Positions 9,463 through 18,263 of a DNA stretch of 52,971 nucleotides are shown one piece after another. The stretch covers positions 1 to 52,971 of the forward strand of contig JBGPCK010000004.1 in NCBI GenBank assembly GCA_041481715.1, written 5' to 3'. The position numbers were made by a program, and so were the translations under genes. How positions within the stretch are numbered: position 1 is the first letter of the stretch; each line of letters begins with the position of its first letter. A model generated the notes under the pieces. It saw only the letters and a list, made by a program, of their open reading frames with translations. It was not told where the DNA came from and ran no database searches. This DNA comes from Thermoanaerobaculia bacterium. Its GTDB lineage: Bacteria; Acidobacteriota; Thermoanaerobaculia; UBA5066; Gp7-AA6.

Positions 9463-10224
9463 ATGGCAGACACCTCGAGTACCCAAAAGCTCCTGGAGCT
9501 CCGAAGACTCACGCGAAGCGTCGCGGACCTCCTGCGCGGAGAGCTGAAGCAGTACCTTGCGACTCTGATGCCCCTCTTTCAGCCGCGCACCCTCCTCGGC
9601 CACTACATCCAGGGGGCCTCGAAGGAGCCGGTGCGGGGAGCGGACCGCGTCTTCAAGGACCTGGTCGCCGCCTACGAAGGCGTCTCGGGCTCGCGGCCCT
9701 TCAGCCTGCCCCGGGACCTCAAGCCGCCCCTTCCCGTAGACAGCAACGCGCTCGAGTTCGTCCCGTTCGTTTACCCTCACACGGCCAAGGGGAAAAAGGC
9801 AACCAAGACTGTCACGGTCACCTCGCCGCTTCGGTGGGTGCTTTCCTACTCCGGCTACGGGCCCGACCGCCTGCGTGAGGCCCTCGCGGCCGGCGACTCG
9901 TCCGGCGCGACGATCCTGGAACAGGTGCTCCACCACGTGCTTCTGAACGTCGCCTTTCAGCAAAAGGGTGTCGCGCCGCTCTTCGAGGCGCTCCGGTTTC
10001 CGGGCTCGACGCATCACTTTCCCGAGCTCGGGAACCTTCCCATCACCGTCATTTCCACGGCGGTCCCGACGGTGCGGCCGCCGGATGAAACGATCATCGA
10101 GTCGACCGAGATCTCGGGCTCGGACGCGTTCGAGGAGGTCATCGACGTGGCCGCCGTCCGCGAGCTCAAGGACCCGATGAGAGAGAGACTGGTCGCGACG
10201 CTCGAGTCTGCCGACGCCGGCTAG
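9463..10224 (+). CDS. Hypothetical protein (T6SS-locus associated, 253 aa)
   Basis: Natural amino-acid composition and GC3-rich codons, purine-rich SD-like AAGGGGG upstream, no signal peptide or TM; divergent from the hcp triplet. Confidence 0.85.
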   Translation: MADTSSTQKLLELRRLTRSVADLLRGELKQYLATLMPLFQPRTLLGHYIQGASKEPVRGADRVFKDLVAAYEGVSGSRPFSLPRDLKPPLPVDSNALEFVPFVYPHTAKGKKATKTVTVTSPLRWVLSYSGYGPDRLREALAAGDSSGATILEQVLHHVLLNVAFQQKGVAPLFEALRFPGSTHHFPELGNLPITVISTAVPTVRPPDETIIESTEISGSDAFEEVIDVAAVRELKDPMRERLVATLESADAG

Positions 10225-10424
10225 CGCTTCAGGCGGCCCGACGCCTTCTCCTCGCGAACCGCCTGCCGGATGTGCTCGGGCAGGATCTCGCCGTACTTGG
10301 AGAGCTCGTCCGCCCGCTTCAAGACGTAGTCGTTGACGAATTCGGCGAGCTCACGCAGGGCGAGGTCGGCTTCGATCGTGAGTGTGCCGTGGAGCTGATA
10401 ATCCTGGGGATGCCTCGGGTTCAT
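10221..10424 (-). CDS. Small protein with histone-fold-like alpha2-L2-alpha3 pattern (67 aa)
   Basis: SD GGGAGG upstream of ATG; TLTIEADLALRELAEFVNDYVLKRADELSKYGEILPEHIRQAVREE follows histone-fold periodicity. Confidence 0.75.
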   Translation of the reverse strand: MNPRHPQDYQLHGTLTIEADLALRELAEFVNDYVLKRADELSKYGEILPEHIRQAVREEKASGRLKR

Positions 10425-10488
10425 CGCCGCCCTCCCGCTTCAAAGCCCCTGGAAGGATTCTCCCCGATTCGGCGCGGCGACGAAAGCT

Positions 10489-11502
10489 TCACGAGGTCAG
10501 GAGCGACGAGAGCGGCCGCTCCCAAGCGGCCGCGTCGAATGGCGGCGCCTCCGAAGCGGCAATCGGGCCGGCCGAAGGGGCCGCCGGAGGATCCGGCGGG
10601 GCCGGCGCGATCCGGCCGGGGTTCAGGCAGAAAAAGTCTTCCGGACGGAGGTCCCGCGTGAAGAAGGCGGCCGCGCCGGGTCCGCCGCCGGCCGGGTAGA
10701 GCATTCCCGCCGGGAGCTTCCGTCGGGGAGAGGCCCCTGCTAGCCAGAGCAGCCAGAACTGCAGCTCTCGCGCCCGCGAAAGGACGCCCGAAAGCGGTAC
10801 GCGGACGGGCGGGGCGGAGGCCCCCGAATCGGCGGCGGACTTGCCAAGCTCGGAGAGCAGGCCCGGCCAGCGCGCCGCGGCTTCCTCGCCGAAGAGCGGC
10901 TTTGCCAACGTCGCAAGCGGGACGCGGTCGAACTCGACCCGAGCCTCGCGGGAGATCCGTTCGGGAGACTTGACGGGAAGATCGAGCTCTGCGCCGCGAT
11001 AGGCGCGGTAGAAGTTCGCGAGGGACCCACCCGGCCCGTAAACTCGGAGTACGGAGTCCGCCTGGCGGTTCAGCACCTCCAGGTGCTCGGTCGCCACGAG
11101 CGGGTCGGCGGCCCGATGACCTCCGGGAAGAACGGTGAAGAGCGTGAAAGGAAACCGCCGCAGGCCTCCCTCGTCTCCGCTGCCCCAAAGGCACCCGGCC
11201 ACGAGAACCTCCGATTCCGGCAGCTTCAAGAGGAACAGGTATCGCGCGATCTCGACCTCTCGGCAGGCCTCCTCGCGCGACCAGAGATGCGAAAAGCCTC
11301 GGTCGATCCAGTTGCGAAACTCGCGAGCCCCCGGCTCCGTCAGCCCGGAGGTGATGAAGTCCTTGTAGATCGGCAGCTTGCCGTAGGCGTTGAGCGGGAC
11401 ACGGACGGTGCGGACCGGCTTCTCCTGCCCGCGGGCGTCGCCCTTGAACCCGTCTCTCAGTCGCGACAGGAATCCCGGGCGTCGAGCGGAAGTGTCTTCC
11501 AC
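10489..11502 (-). CDS. tagF: TagF-like T6SS post-translational repressor
   Basis: AYGKLPIYKDFI (TagF GKLPxxGDF), W..RG, VAGCLWGSGDEGGLRRFPF (S-x-D...R-x-FP); directly downstream of tssM. Confidence 0.8.
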   Translation of the reverse strand: MEDTSARRPGFLSRLRDGFKGDARGQEKPVRTVRVPLNAYGKLPIYKDFITSGLTEPGAREFRNWIDRGFSHLWSREEACREVEIARYLFLLKLPESEVLVAGCLWGSGDEGGLRRFPFTLFTVLPGGHRAADPLVATEHLEVLNRQADSVLRVYGPGGSLANFYRAYRGAELDLPVKSPERISREARVEFDRVPLATLAKPLFGEEAAARWPGLLSELGKSAADSGASAPPVRVPLSGVLSRARELQFWLLWLAGASPRRKLPAGMLYPAGGGPGAAAFFTRDLRPEDFFCLNPGRIAPAPPDPPAAPSAGPIAASEAPPFDAAAWERPLSSLLTS

Positions 11503-11509
11503 AGGCGGC

Positions 11510-14500
11510 TCAATGGTGGATGACGCCCGGCAGCGGATCGTCGAACTTCAGCTCGAAGACGCCCTGGAGACGCCCGCCCGCGCGCTCTGCGTCCGGAATC
11601 TCCACCCGAATGTCCCAGACACGAGGGTCGGCGCCCGGCCGCCGGTCCTCGCTCGCGCGCAGGATGTAGGCGAAGAGCCGTAGCGGTCCCCCCGTGATGA
11701 CGAGGGATCCGGTCCATCCTCCCTTGACGTCCTCGTTCCTCCCGATGATCTCCAGAGCCGAGGCCGCGGCGGCCAGGCGCCAGACGAAGGGCGGCGGCGT
11801 GCGCCCGGTTTTCACGTCCGTCGAGGGCCGCAGAACGGTCGCATGGTCGAAAACCGTTACCTGCCCCACGCGATCTCCGAGAAAGAGGGTTCCGGCCGAT
11901 GGCGTCCGCTCGACCAGCCGCACTTCGATGTTGTGCTGTTTTGCGGTGGCCCCGGGCTGAGCATTCGCGCCGAAGAGGAAGAGCTGCCAGTCCCGCGCGA
12001 CCGCGAAGATCGGCCTCGGATCGCCCACGAAGTCGAACTCTCGGGCTTCACCCCTGAGGATCGGATCGAGCCCGAACTCCGACGCGAGCGCCCCGAGCTC
12101 CGCGAGCGGCCCATTGACGTCCTCCGGGCTGATCGTCGGAATGTCGAGCGTGTAGCGAATGGCGCCGGCCGGGCCGCCGCGCGAGTAGGCCTGCCCGGAC
12201 GCGAGCTGCGGCCGGTCGCTCTGGAGAACGAGATCGTTGATGAACGGAAACTTTCCGAGGCAGCACGCGTTCAAATGCTCCGAGACGCCCTTGCCGCGCG
12301 CCTCGAAGCGCGGGCGGATCTCGTCGCGCAGCAGGTGCGCTCCGTGGTCCTCGACGCCGTGCTTCATTCGCTGGGCCGTCGCGTCGCCGCGCAGACGGGG
12401 GTTCTCGGAAAAGACCTTGTACTGCTTGAGCGACGCGGCGTCGCTGCCCGCAAGCTGCTTCCAGGCCTCCAGCGGACCGTCCGCCAATCCCTGCACGACG
12501 CCGCGGAAGCCCTCGGCCGCCGCGAGCAGCTCCGGCGCCGTCCTTTCGCCCGCGGCCGCCGCCCGCGGCCGCTCGATGCGGTTCTTGTAATAGTCGAGCG
12601 CGTCGCCGAGGTTCGCGTTTTCCTGGACGAACGTCTGCATGTCCGCGTAGGAGAGTTGCGCCGCCAGGTCCGGGGCCGCCGCCCCGCCTCCGCCGCCCGA
12701 GGGCTGCCAAGAGCTGACGGCTCGCCGGAAGGCCGGCCAAGTCCCCGCTTCCGCGGCGGCGCTCGGAAAAAAGAACCCTCCCCCGCTACCGGCGTGGCCG
12801 GCCATCTGATCGATGTAGCGCCTGAGGTACGCCGACTCGGTTTCCGAGAGCCTCCGGATCGCCGGCGCAACACCCTCCCAGCCCGAGACGAGGCGCTGGC
12901 CCGCGGCCGTGAACACGACGCCGCTCGCGGCGGACATCATGGCCTTGGCGAAGACAGGTGTGTAGCAGCTGGCCGGCGGGCACTGCGGCCCCAGGGAGTC
13001 TCCGAAGAACTGCTGCGCCGGCGGAACGGTTCGGGCGAGGAGGCCGAGCTCGACCGCCTCGTCGACGCGCGGCCTCCGGTCGGTCCACTGGAACGCCGGA
13101 TCGGGATTCGAAGCCGAGAAGTCGGCGGACTTGCCGAGGAGGCCCCTGCCCGTCGAGTCCTGCCGGCCGCGCCACTCGTCGATCTTCTTTTTCTTCTCGT
13201 CCCAGTTCGGCATCGCCGAGAGCGCCTCGACCAGCTTGCCGTCCTCCGATTCCCGGTAGGCCGCCGGGTCGGAAAAAGCGGCAAGCCCGTTCAGCACGCC
13301 GGCCAGCGACTCGGCGGGTTTCGACCACTTGACCTTGCCGGCCGGATCCGTCTCGAGCAGGTACTTGAAGCCTTCCCGGTCCTTCTGGAGCTGCTGCCAG
13401 TCGCCATCGAGCTGCCTCTTGAGCGTGTCCCGCCGGGTCTCCGATATGAGGTTCGCGGCCACGGGGGCCCAACGCAAAAGACCCCCGTAGTCGGCGTCCA
13501 GATTCTGCTTCCATGCGGAGGGCTCCGCCCCGGGAAAGGCGCCCTTGGATCCGGGACGGGGTGTCGCCATGTGCCGCGTCAGGCCGTCGTAGTTGTCCTT
13601 GAACTTCTTTCCCGCGGCGGCCACGGGAACGAGGTAGTCCGGATATGCCGTTTTCCCGGCTGAGGCCATCTGCCCGTAGAGCAGCATGTAGGCGTTCAAC
13701 CCGTCCTGCAGCTTCTTGTCCCAGCGCGCCAGGTTCCCGACCGTCCAATACTCCTCATACTTGGAGAGCCCCGGCGCCGGATCGGGCACCGCGATGCCGA
13801 GCGACTCGTTGGTGACCCGAGCGCCCTCGAGGACGCGGTCGGCATCCCCCGCCGCGACCCGGGGAACCCACTCGTCGATCTCCGCGCCGCGATCGGTCGC
13901 CTTCGCGCCCTTCGTGCGGCGGGCGAACTCGACGAGCGGCTGCACCCGGAGCTCCTGCGGCGCCACGTGCAGGCCCTCCGGCGCCTTCTTGAAGGCGAGC
14001 CAGTCGAGACCGACACCGAGTGCGTCGCGGAACGACCGATACTCGGAGAAGCTCTCCCAGTCGAGCGCCGCCATCCGCCCCTGCACTTCCGCGAGTAGCG
14101 GGGCCACGACTCCCCCCACGTAGACCTTCTCCTGAATGCGCGCGAGCGTATTGGTCAGCTCGTTCGAACGTGTCCCGCGCAGGAAGAGCGTAAACATCCA
14201 CCGCCGCTTGACGACCTGGTCGCGGTCGTTCTGGAGCCGCAGCGCGATGTCCCAGGCTCGGGCGACCGGGCAGGGCTTTCCGACGCACTCCTGCGCCGCT
14301 TTCACATCCTTGCGGATGGGGTTGAGCACCCCCTGCAGCGAGCGGTAGGCCGGGATCATCCCGGCCAGAAAGAGCAGCAGCACGAGGACGCCCAACCCGC
14401 GCACGAGCCAGAGCGTTCGGCGCTGCTGCGCCTCGGCCGCCGCCGTGCGCGTGATCAGACCCTGCTCGGGAAAGACCTTCTTCTCGTAGAAGTGGCGGAT

Positions 14501-15721
14501 GAAGAAGGCGCGCGACTTCTTGAAGATGCTCTCGAGGCTCTCGATGACCCCTTCCGAAGCGCCTCCGGGCGCTTCGAGCAGGTCGCGGGTCGCCTGCGCG
14601 ATCGGCCGCCCCTGCTGCACGCCGCTCGAGATGTAGAACCCTCGGAACGCGAACGGCTCGTCAAAGCGCGTCTGCTGGAAGATCGTCTTGAGATACCCCT
14701 TGAGCGGGGCCTGAAGCGCCCGGAACTCCTCGGGAAAAACATAGAGCTTGTCTGCCTGGGCCGGGTTTTCCTCGTCGGCGAGCAGTCTCAGCCGCAGCTT
14801 GTAGAGGCGCTCGGTGATCGCGTCATAAGTCCCGTCGAAGCTTTCGGGATCCCAGGCCTTTCCCGGCCCCTCGGGGCTCGACCAGCCGAAGAGCTGCTGC
14901 TGGTCCACGGGATCGAGCTTCGAGAAGAACTCCGAGAAACCGAGGATCCGATCGGCCTTGGTGACCATGATGAAGACGGGGAACCGGATCTGGAGCACGC
15001 GCTGGACGTGCAGGAGCTTGGCGCGGATGTTGGCGGCCTTGCGCTCCCGCTCCTCGGGAGCGTCCTCGAGCAGCGAGGTGCACGGAATGACGACGAGGAC
15101 GCCGTTGATCGGACAGTACTTGCGGTACCTCCGCAGGAGCTTCAGGAAGGAGCCCCACTCCTGCTGGTCCGGGGCCGCCTCCTCCTGGAACGTGAAGCGC
15201 CCCGCCGTGTCGAGGATCACCGCTTCGTTGGCAAACCACCAGTCGCAATTGCGAGTGCCTCCGGCGCCGGAGAGACCCTCGGTGCCGACCGGGAACTCGA
15301 GCCCGGAGTTCTTCAAGGTGGTCGATTTGCCCGACTGGGGCTCGCCGATCAAGAGGTACCAGGGGAGCGAATAGACCGACAGCCCGGCCTGCTTCAACTG
15401 ATTGACCGACTCGGACCACTTGGCCGTGAGGTCGCCCAGCGCCTGGCGAACCTCCTCCTTCGAGGCGCCGGCCTTCTGGGAATCGCGCCGGAGCTCTCCT
15501 TCGAAGGCGTTGGCCTGGCGCTTCTCTCGGGCCCGAAGGGCCATGTTGAAAAGACCGAGCACGAGGACGATTACGAGCAGCCCGAGCACGAAGACCCACC
15601 AGTACCTCTCGACCCCAAGCCACCGGGAGATCACATAGACCATCGGAATGAGAATGAAGATCGCGCCCAGATACTTGAGGGGGCGCGGCAGGCGCTGCAG
15701 GAGGTCGAGGAATTCGTACAT
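11510..15721 (-). CDS. tssM: T6SS membrane complex subunit TssM (IcmF), divergent periplasmic part
   Basis: Two N-terminal TMs, LPWYLLIGEPQSGKST Walker A, GTRNCDWWF, DTAGR, TKAD, FRGFYISSG, third TM, late GKFPF; 1403 aa. Confidence 0.93.
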   Translation of the reverse strand: MYEFLDLLQRLPRPLKYLGAIFILIPMVYVISRWLGVERYWWVFVLGLLVIVLVLGLFNMALRAREKRQANAFEGELRRDSQKAGASKEEVRQALGDLTAKWSESVNQLKQAGLSVYSLPWYLLIGEPQSGKSTTLKNSGLEFPVGTEGLSGAGGTRNCDWWFANEAVILDTAGRFTFQEEAAPDQQEWGSFLKLLRRYRKYCPINGVLVVIPCTSLLEDAPEERERKAANIRAKLLHVQRVLQIRFPVFIMVTKADRILGFSEFFSKLDPVDQQQLFGWSSPEGPGKAWDPESFDGTYDAITERLYKLRLRLLADEENPAQADKLYVFPEEFRALQAPLKGYLKTIFQQTRFDEPFAFRGFYISSGVQQGRPIAQATRDLLEAPGGASEGVIESLESIFKKSRAFFIRHFYEKKVFPEQGLITRTAAAEAQQRRTLWLVRGLGVLVLLLFLAGMIPAYRSLQGVLNPIRKDVKAAQECVGKPCPVARAWDIALRLQNDRDQVVKRRWMFTLFLRGTRSNELTNTLARIQEKVYVGGVVAPLLAEVQGRMAALDWESFSEYRSFRDALGVGLDWLAFKKAPEGLHVAPQELRVQPLVEFARRTKGAKATDRGAEIDEWVPRVAAGDADRVLEGARVTNESLGIAVPDPAPGLSKYEEYWTVGNLARWDKKLQDGLNAYMLLYGQMASAGKTAYPDYLVPVAAAGKKFKDNYDGLTRHMATPRPGSKGAFPGAEPSAWKQNLDADYGGLLRWAPVAANLISETRRDTLKRQLDGDWQQLQKDREGFKYLLETDPAGKVKWSKPAESLAGVLNGLAAFSDPAAYRESEDGKLVEALSAMPNWDEKKKKIDEWRGRQDSTGRGLLGKSADFSASNPDPAFQWTDRRPRVDEAVELGLLARTVPPAQQFFGDSLGPQCPPASCYTPVFAKAMMSAASGVVFTAAGQRLVSGWEGVAPAIRRLSETESAYLRRYIDQMAGHAGSGGGFFFPSAAAEAGTWPAFRRAVSSWQPSGGGGGAAAPDLAAQLSYADMQTFVQENANLGDALDYYKNRIERPRAAAAGERTAPELLAAAEGFRGVVQGLADGPLEAWKQLAGSDAASLKQYKVFSENPRLRGDATAQRMKHGVEDHGAHLLRDEIRPRFEARGKGVSEHLNACCLGKFPFINDLVLQSDRPQLASGQAYSRGGPAGAIRYTLDIPTISPEDVNGPLAELGALASEFGLDPILRGEAREFDFVGDPRPIFAVARDWQLFLFGANAQPGATAKQHNIEVRLVERTPSAGTLFLGDRVGQVTVFDHATVLRPSTDVKTGRTPPPFVWRLAAAASALEIIGRNEDVKGGWTGSLVITGGPLRLFAYILRASEDRRPGADPRVWDIRVEIPDAERAGGRLQGVFELKFDDPLPGVIHH

Positions 15722-15724
15722 CGC

Positions 15725-16420
15725 TTAGGTGGAGAGCCCCATCCCTCGGGCCGCCTGGCGCAACTCGTCCATCGACGTGCCCCACAGGGCAAACGCGAGG
15801 ATGTAGTACAGAACGAGCACGCCGAAAGCGACGATCAGGACGCGGTAGAGGTTGATGAGCGGCGAGAGCTTCCGCGCCGGCTGCGGCAACACCTGGTACG
15901 CCTCCGGCGTGATCTTGTCCCCGAGCGTCGCGATCCATTCGGCATTCATGCGGTAGAGCCGCTTGCGCGCTTCGGCCAGCTTCTCCGGCCGCTCACGGTA
16001 TTTCCCGCCAAAGCCAAGCGCGATCCCGGTCGAGAGGATCGCCGCGAGCTCCACGTCCCGTGTGGGATCGAGCTCGTTCGCGATCGAGAAGTACTTCTCG
16101 CCGCCGATGTTCGTATTGAAATATTTCTCCTCGAGCAGCTGCCTCTCCCACTGCGGCGCGTACTCCCAGCCCGAATGCAGAAGAATTTCGTCGGCCAACA
16201 CGACCAGCGGATAACGCGCCTTTTCGTAGAGCGACTCCAGCTTCGGATCGTCTCGCACCTCGCGCCCCAGATCGGAAAAGATCTCGTCCAGGCGATCGGA
16301 GACATCCCGCAGCTCGACGCGCAGGCCCTTGCGGACCCGCCGCCGGAAAGCGGTCAGGAACAGAAACAGCTTCGAGGTCGCCCGAAAGATTTCCGCCGTG
16401 TTGTCGCGCGGCTTATCCAC
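15725..16420 (-). CDS. tssL: T6SS membrane subunit TssL (DotU)
   Basis: ARYPLVVLADEIL, W..QLLE..YF.TNIGGEKYF, ALGFGGKY, C-terminal TM; no OmpA domain. Confidence 0.92.
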   Translation of the reverse strand: MDKPRDNTAEIFRATSKLFLFLTAFRRRVRKGLRVELRDVSDRLDEIFSDLGREVRDDPKLESLYEKARYPLVVLADEILLHSGWEYAPQWERQLLEEKYFNTNIGGEKYFSIANELDPTRDVELAAILSTGIALGFGGKYRERPEKLAEARKRLYRMNAEWIATLGDKITPEAYQVLPQPARKLSPLINLYRVLIVAFGVLVLYYILAFALWGTSMDELRQAARGMGLST

Positions 16421-17780
16421 GGGCGGCTCCGGGCTTGAGCACGATGTACAGAGCGAACTTCATCTTCGGGTCGGTCGCGCCCGCCACCGCGATCACGCGG
16501 TCGCGAATGACGTTCGCCCAGTAGGGGCCGTCCTTCTCGATCGAGAAGTAGAAATAGTCCTCGCGCGCCGGAAGGCCGGACGGCACGCGCTTCAGCATCT
16601 CGACGTCGAGCCCGAAGAGGCGTCGCTGCTTGAGCAGAGGGATGTCGGAAGCCGTCCCGAGTTTCAGGACCTCGAAGCGGCTCTTGACGTCCTTTTCGTC
16701 GAGCTCGGATTCGATCAGCAGGTAAACCTCGGTCTCCGGCGCGAGCCACTCGGCGGCGAGCTCCGCGACGAGCAAATCCTCGCGGATCTTGAAGTCCACC
16801 TTGATGAATCGCGACGCGACGATCCGCTCGGCCAGCATCTCGAGCGTATGGGTGATCTCGAAGAAGCAGGGCCCGAGGTTGTCGTGGTCGTACAGCGGCA
16901 CCTTCGGCAGTTGGCGCTCGCCGGAGAACATCGAGAGCTCCCCGACCAGCCGGCAGAACTCGGTGTACACGGTGAAGGGGTGGATCCGCGGAATGCGGGT
17001 CAACTGCTGAAAGAGGTAGAGGAAGGAACCGAGGATCTGGAGCTTCAGAATCGGCTGCCATCCCGTGGTTCCCTCGGAATCCACCGTCAGCTTGCCCTCG
17101 ATAATCTCCGCGGCCAGGAAGCGATGCTTGGCCTCGAGGCGATTGGTCACCGACTGGCACAGATTTTCGAGGGCGGACCAGGCTCCCAACTCCGTCACCG
17201 GCGGGATGAATTCGGTGGAAAGAACCGGCGTGTTCTTCCCCTGCCCGGACCGCTCGACCAACGCGATGGGCAGGCACTCGAAGCCCTCGCGGCTCTCGGC
17301 GCCGAAGAAGAAACGTCCGTTTGCCCGGCGCACGTCGACCGGCTGGGCATTCGATCCCGTGTTCTCGTCGAGAACCTCCACGGTCTCGACGCTGTAACGC
17401 CGGTTCTGGCCGCCTCCCTTTTCCCCGGGCGCAAACGCGTTGGCCTCGAGCTCCCTCCAGGAAGGAACTCCGAGATACACCGGCATACGCCCGCCGGCCT
17501 GGTCGAGCTCTGCCTTGAAGCTGCGCGAGGGGAGCCGCAGGTTCGACGCGAGGGAAAGAGAGGTTCCGTCCTTCAACTTCACCTCGGCGTCGCGGACCTC
17601 GAAGTTGAAGTTCTCCAGCTGGTCCGCCGCGATGTCGATCTTGAGGATTCCCCAGAAGAAGGGCTGCAGTCTCCGCACTTCCTGCCGGAGTACGTCTGCC
17701 CGCTGCCGCTCTGCCAGCTGCAGGTGGTGCGGCCGCAGAAACATGCCTTCCGACCAGTGCACCTCCGGCGTCTTGGACAT
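16413..17780 (-). CDS. tssK: T6SS baseplate subunit TssK
   Basis: VHWSEGMFLRPHHLQ, FIPP, HPF..Y, YDHDNLGPCF. Confidence 0.95.
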   Translation of the reverse strand: MSKTPEVHWSEGMFLRPHHLQLAERQRADVLRQEVRRLQPFFWGILKIDIAADQLENFNFEVRDAEVKLKDGTSLSLASNLRLPSRSFKAELDQAGGRMPVYLGVPSWRELEANAFAPGEKGGGQNRRYSVETVEVLDENTGSNAQPVDVRRANGRFFFGAESREGFECLPIALVERSGQGKNTPVLSTEFIPPVTELGAWSALENLCQSVTNRLEAKHRFLAAEIIEGKLTVDSEGTTGWQPILKLQILGSFLYLFQQLTRIPRIHPFTVYTEFCRLVGELSMFSGERQLPKVPLYDHDNLGPCFFEITHTLEMLAERIVASRFIKVDFKIREDLLVAELAAEWLAPETEVYLLIESELDEKDVKSRFEVLKLGTASDIPLLKQRRLFGLDVEMLKRVPSGLPAREDYFYFSIEKDGPYWANVIRDRVIAVAGATDPKMKFALYIVLKPGAARG

Positions 17781-17795
17781 CGGCTCGTCCAGATC

Positions 17796-18263
17796 CTAGC
17801 GCGCCGTGACTGAAAGCTCGCGGTCGTGCACCGCGATGTCCAGAGTCTTGCCGTTCCAGCGCTCCCGCGGGAGGGAGACGATCTGCCGGCTGGCGTCCGG
17901 GCTCTGGTACTTGTAGTCCGCGATGATGACGAGGTACTTGTCCTTGCCTTCGGCCTTCACGGAGACCTGGCGCTCGCAGAGACCGGAGGCGTCCTTGGTC
18001 GGAAAGGTGACGGTCGTCGTGCGGTCGCGCATCGTGTCGCGCAGGGAATCGTAGAACCATTTCTCGCCGAGCACCTCGATCTGGCGGGCCTGGGCCTCGT
18101 TGGCTCGGACGATATCCACGGTCAACAGGAGCCCCCCGTTGATCGCCGAGTCGCAGCGAAAGTGAAGCGAAGAGGAGCTCGCACAGCCGACGGCGACCAG
18201 GACGGCGACCGGGAGCAGCATCGCGAGAATACGGGAAGGGCGCCGCCGGGAAAGGCTTTTCAT
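17796..18263 (-). CDS. Lipoprotein, probable TssJ-like
   Basis: ATG 18263 overlaps the fha stop; basic N-region, hydrophobic stretch and lipobox VAVGC; AINGG.LLTVDIV, KWF, VIIADY resemble TssJ; sits immediately before tssK. Confidence 0.75.
   Translation of the reverse strand: MKSLSRRRPSRILAMLLPVAVLVAVGCASSSSLHFRCDSAINGGLLLTVDIVRANEAQARQIEVLGEKWFYDSLRDTMRDRTTTVTFPTKDASGLCERQVSVKAEGKDKYLVIIADYKYQSPDASRQIVSLPRERWNGKTLDIAVHDRELSVTAR

Noticed and set aside
9307-10017. Apparent 425-aa Hcp fusion
   Set aside because: The upstream part is antisense to the 253-aa gene; a strong SD at GTG 9306 marks the real start.
11843-17813. Long plus-strand ORFs (606, 648, 494 aa) opposite tssM/tssL/tssK
   Set aside because: Stop-poor antisense frames typical of high-GC coding DNA; no motifs.
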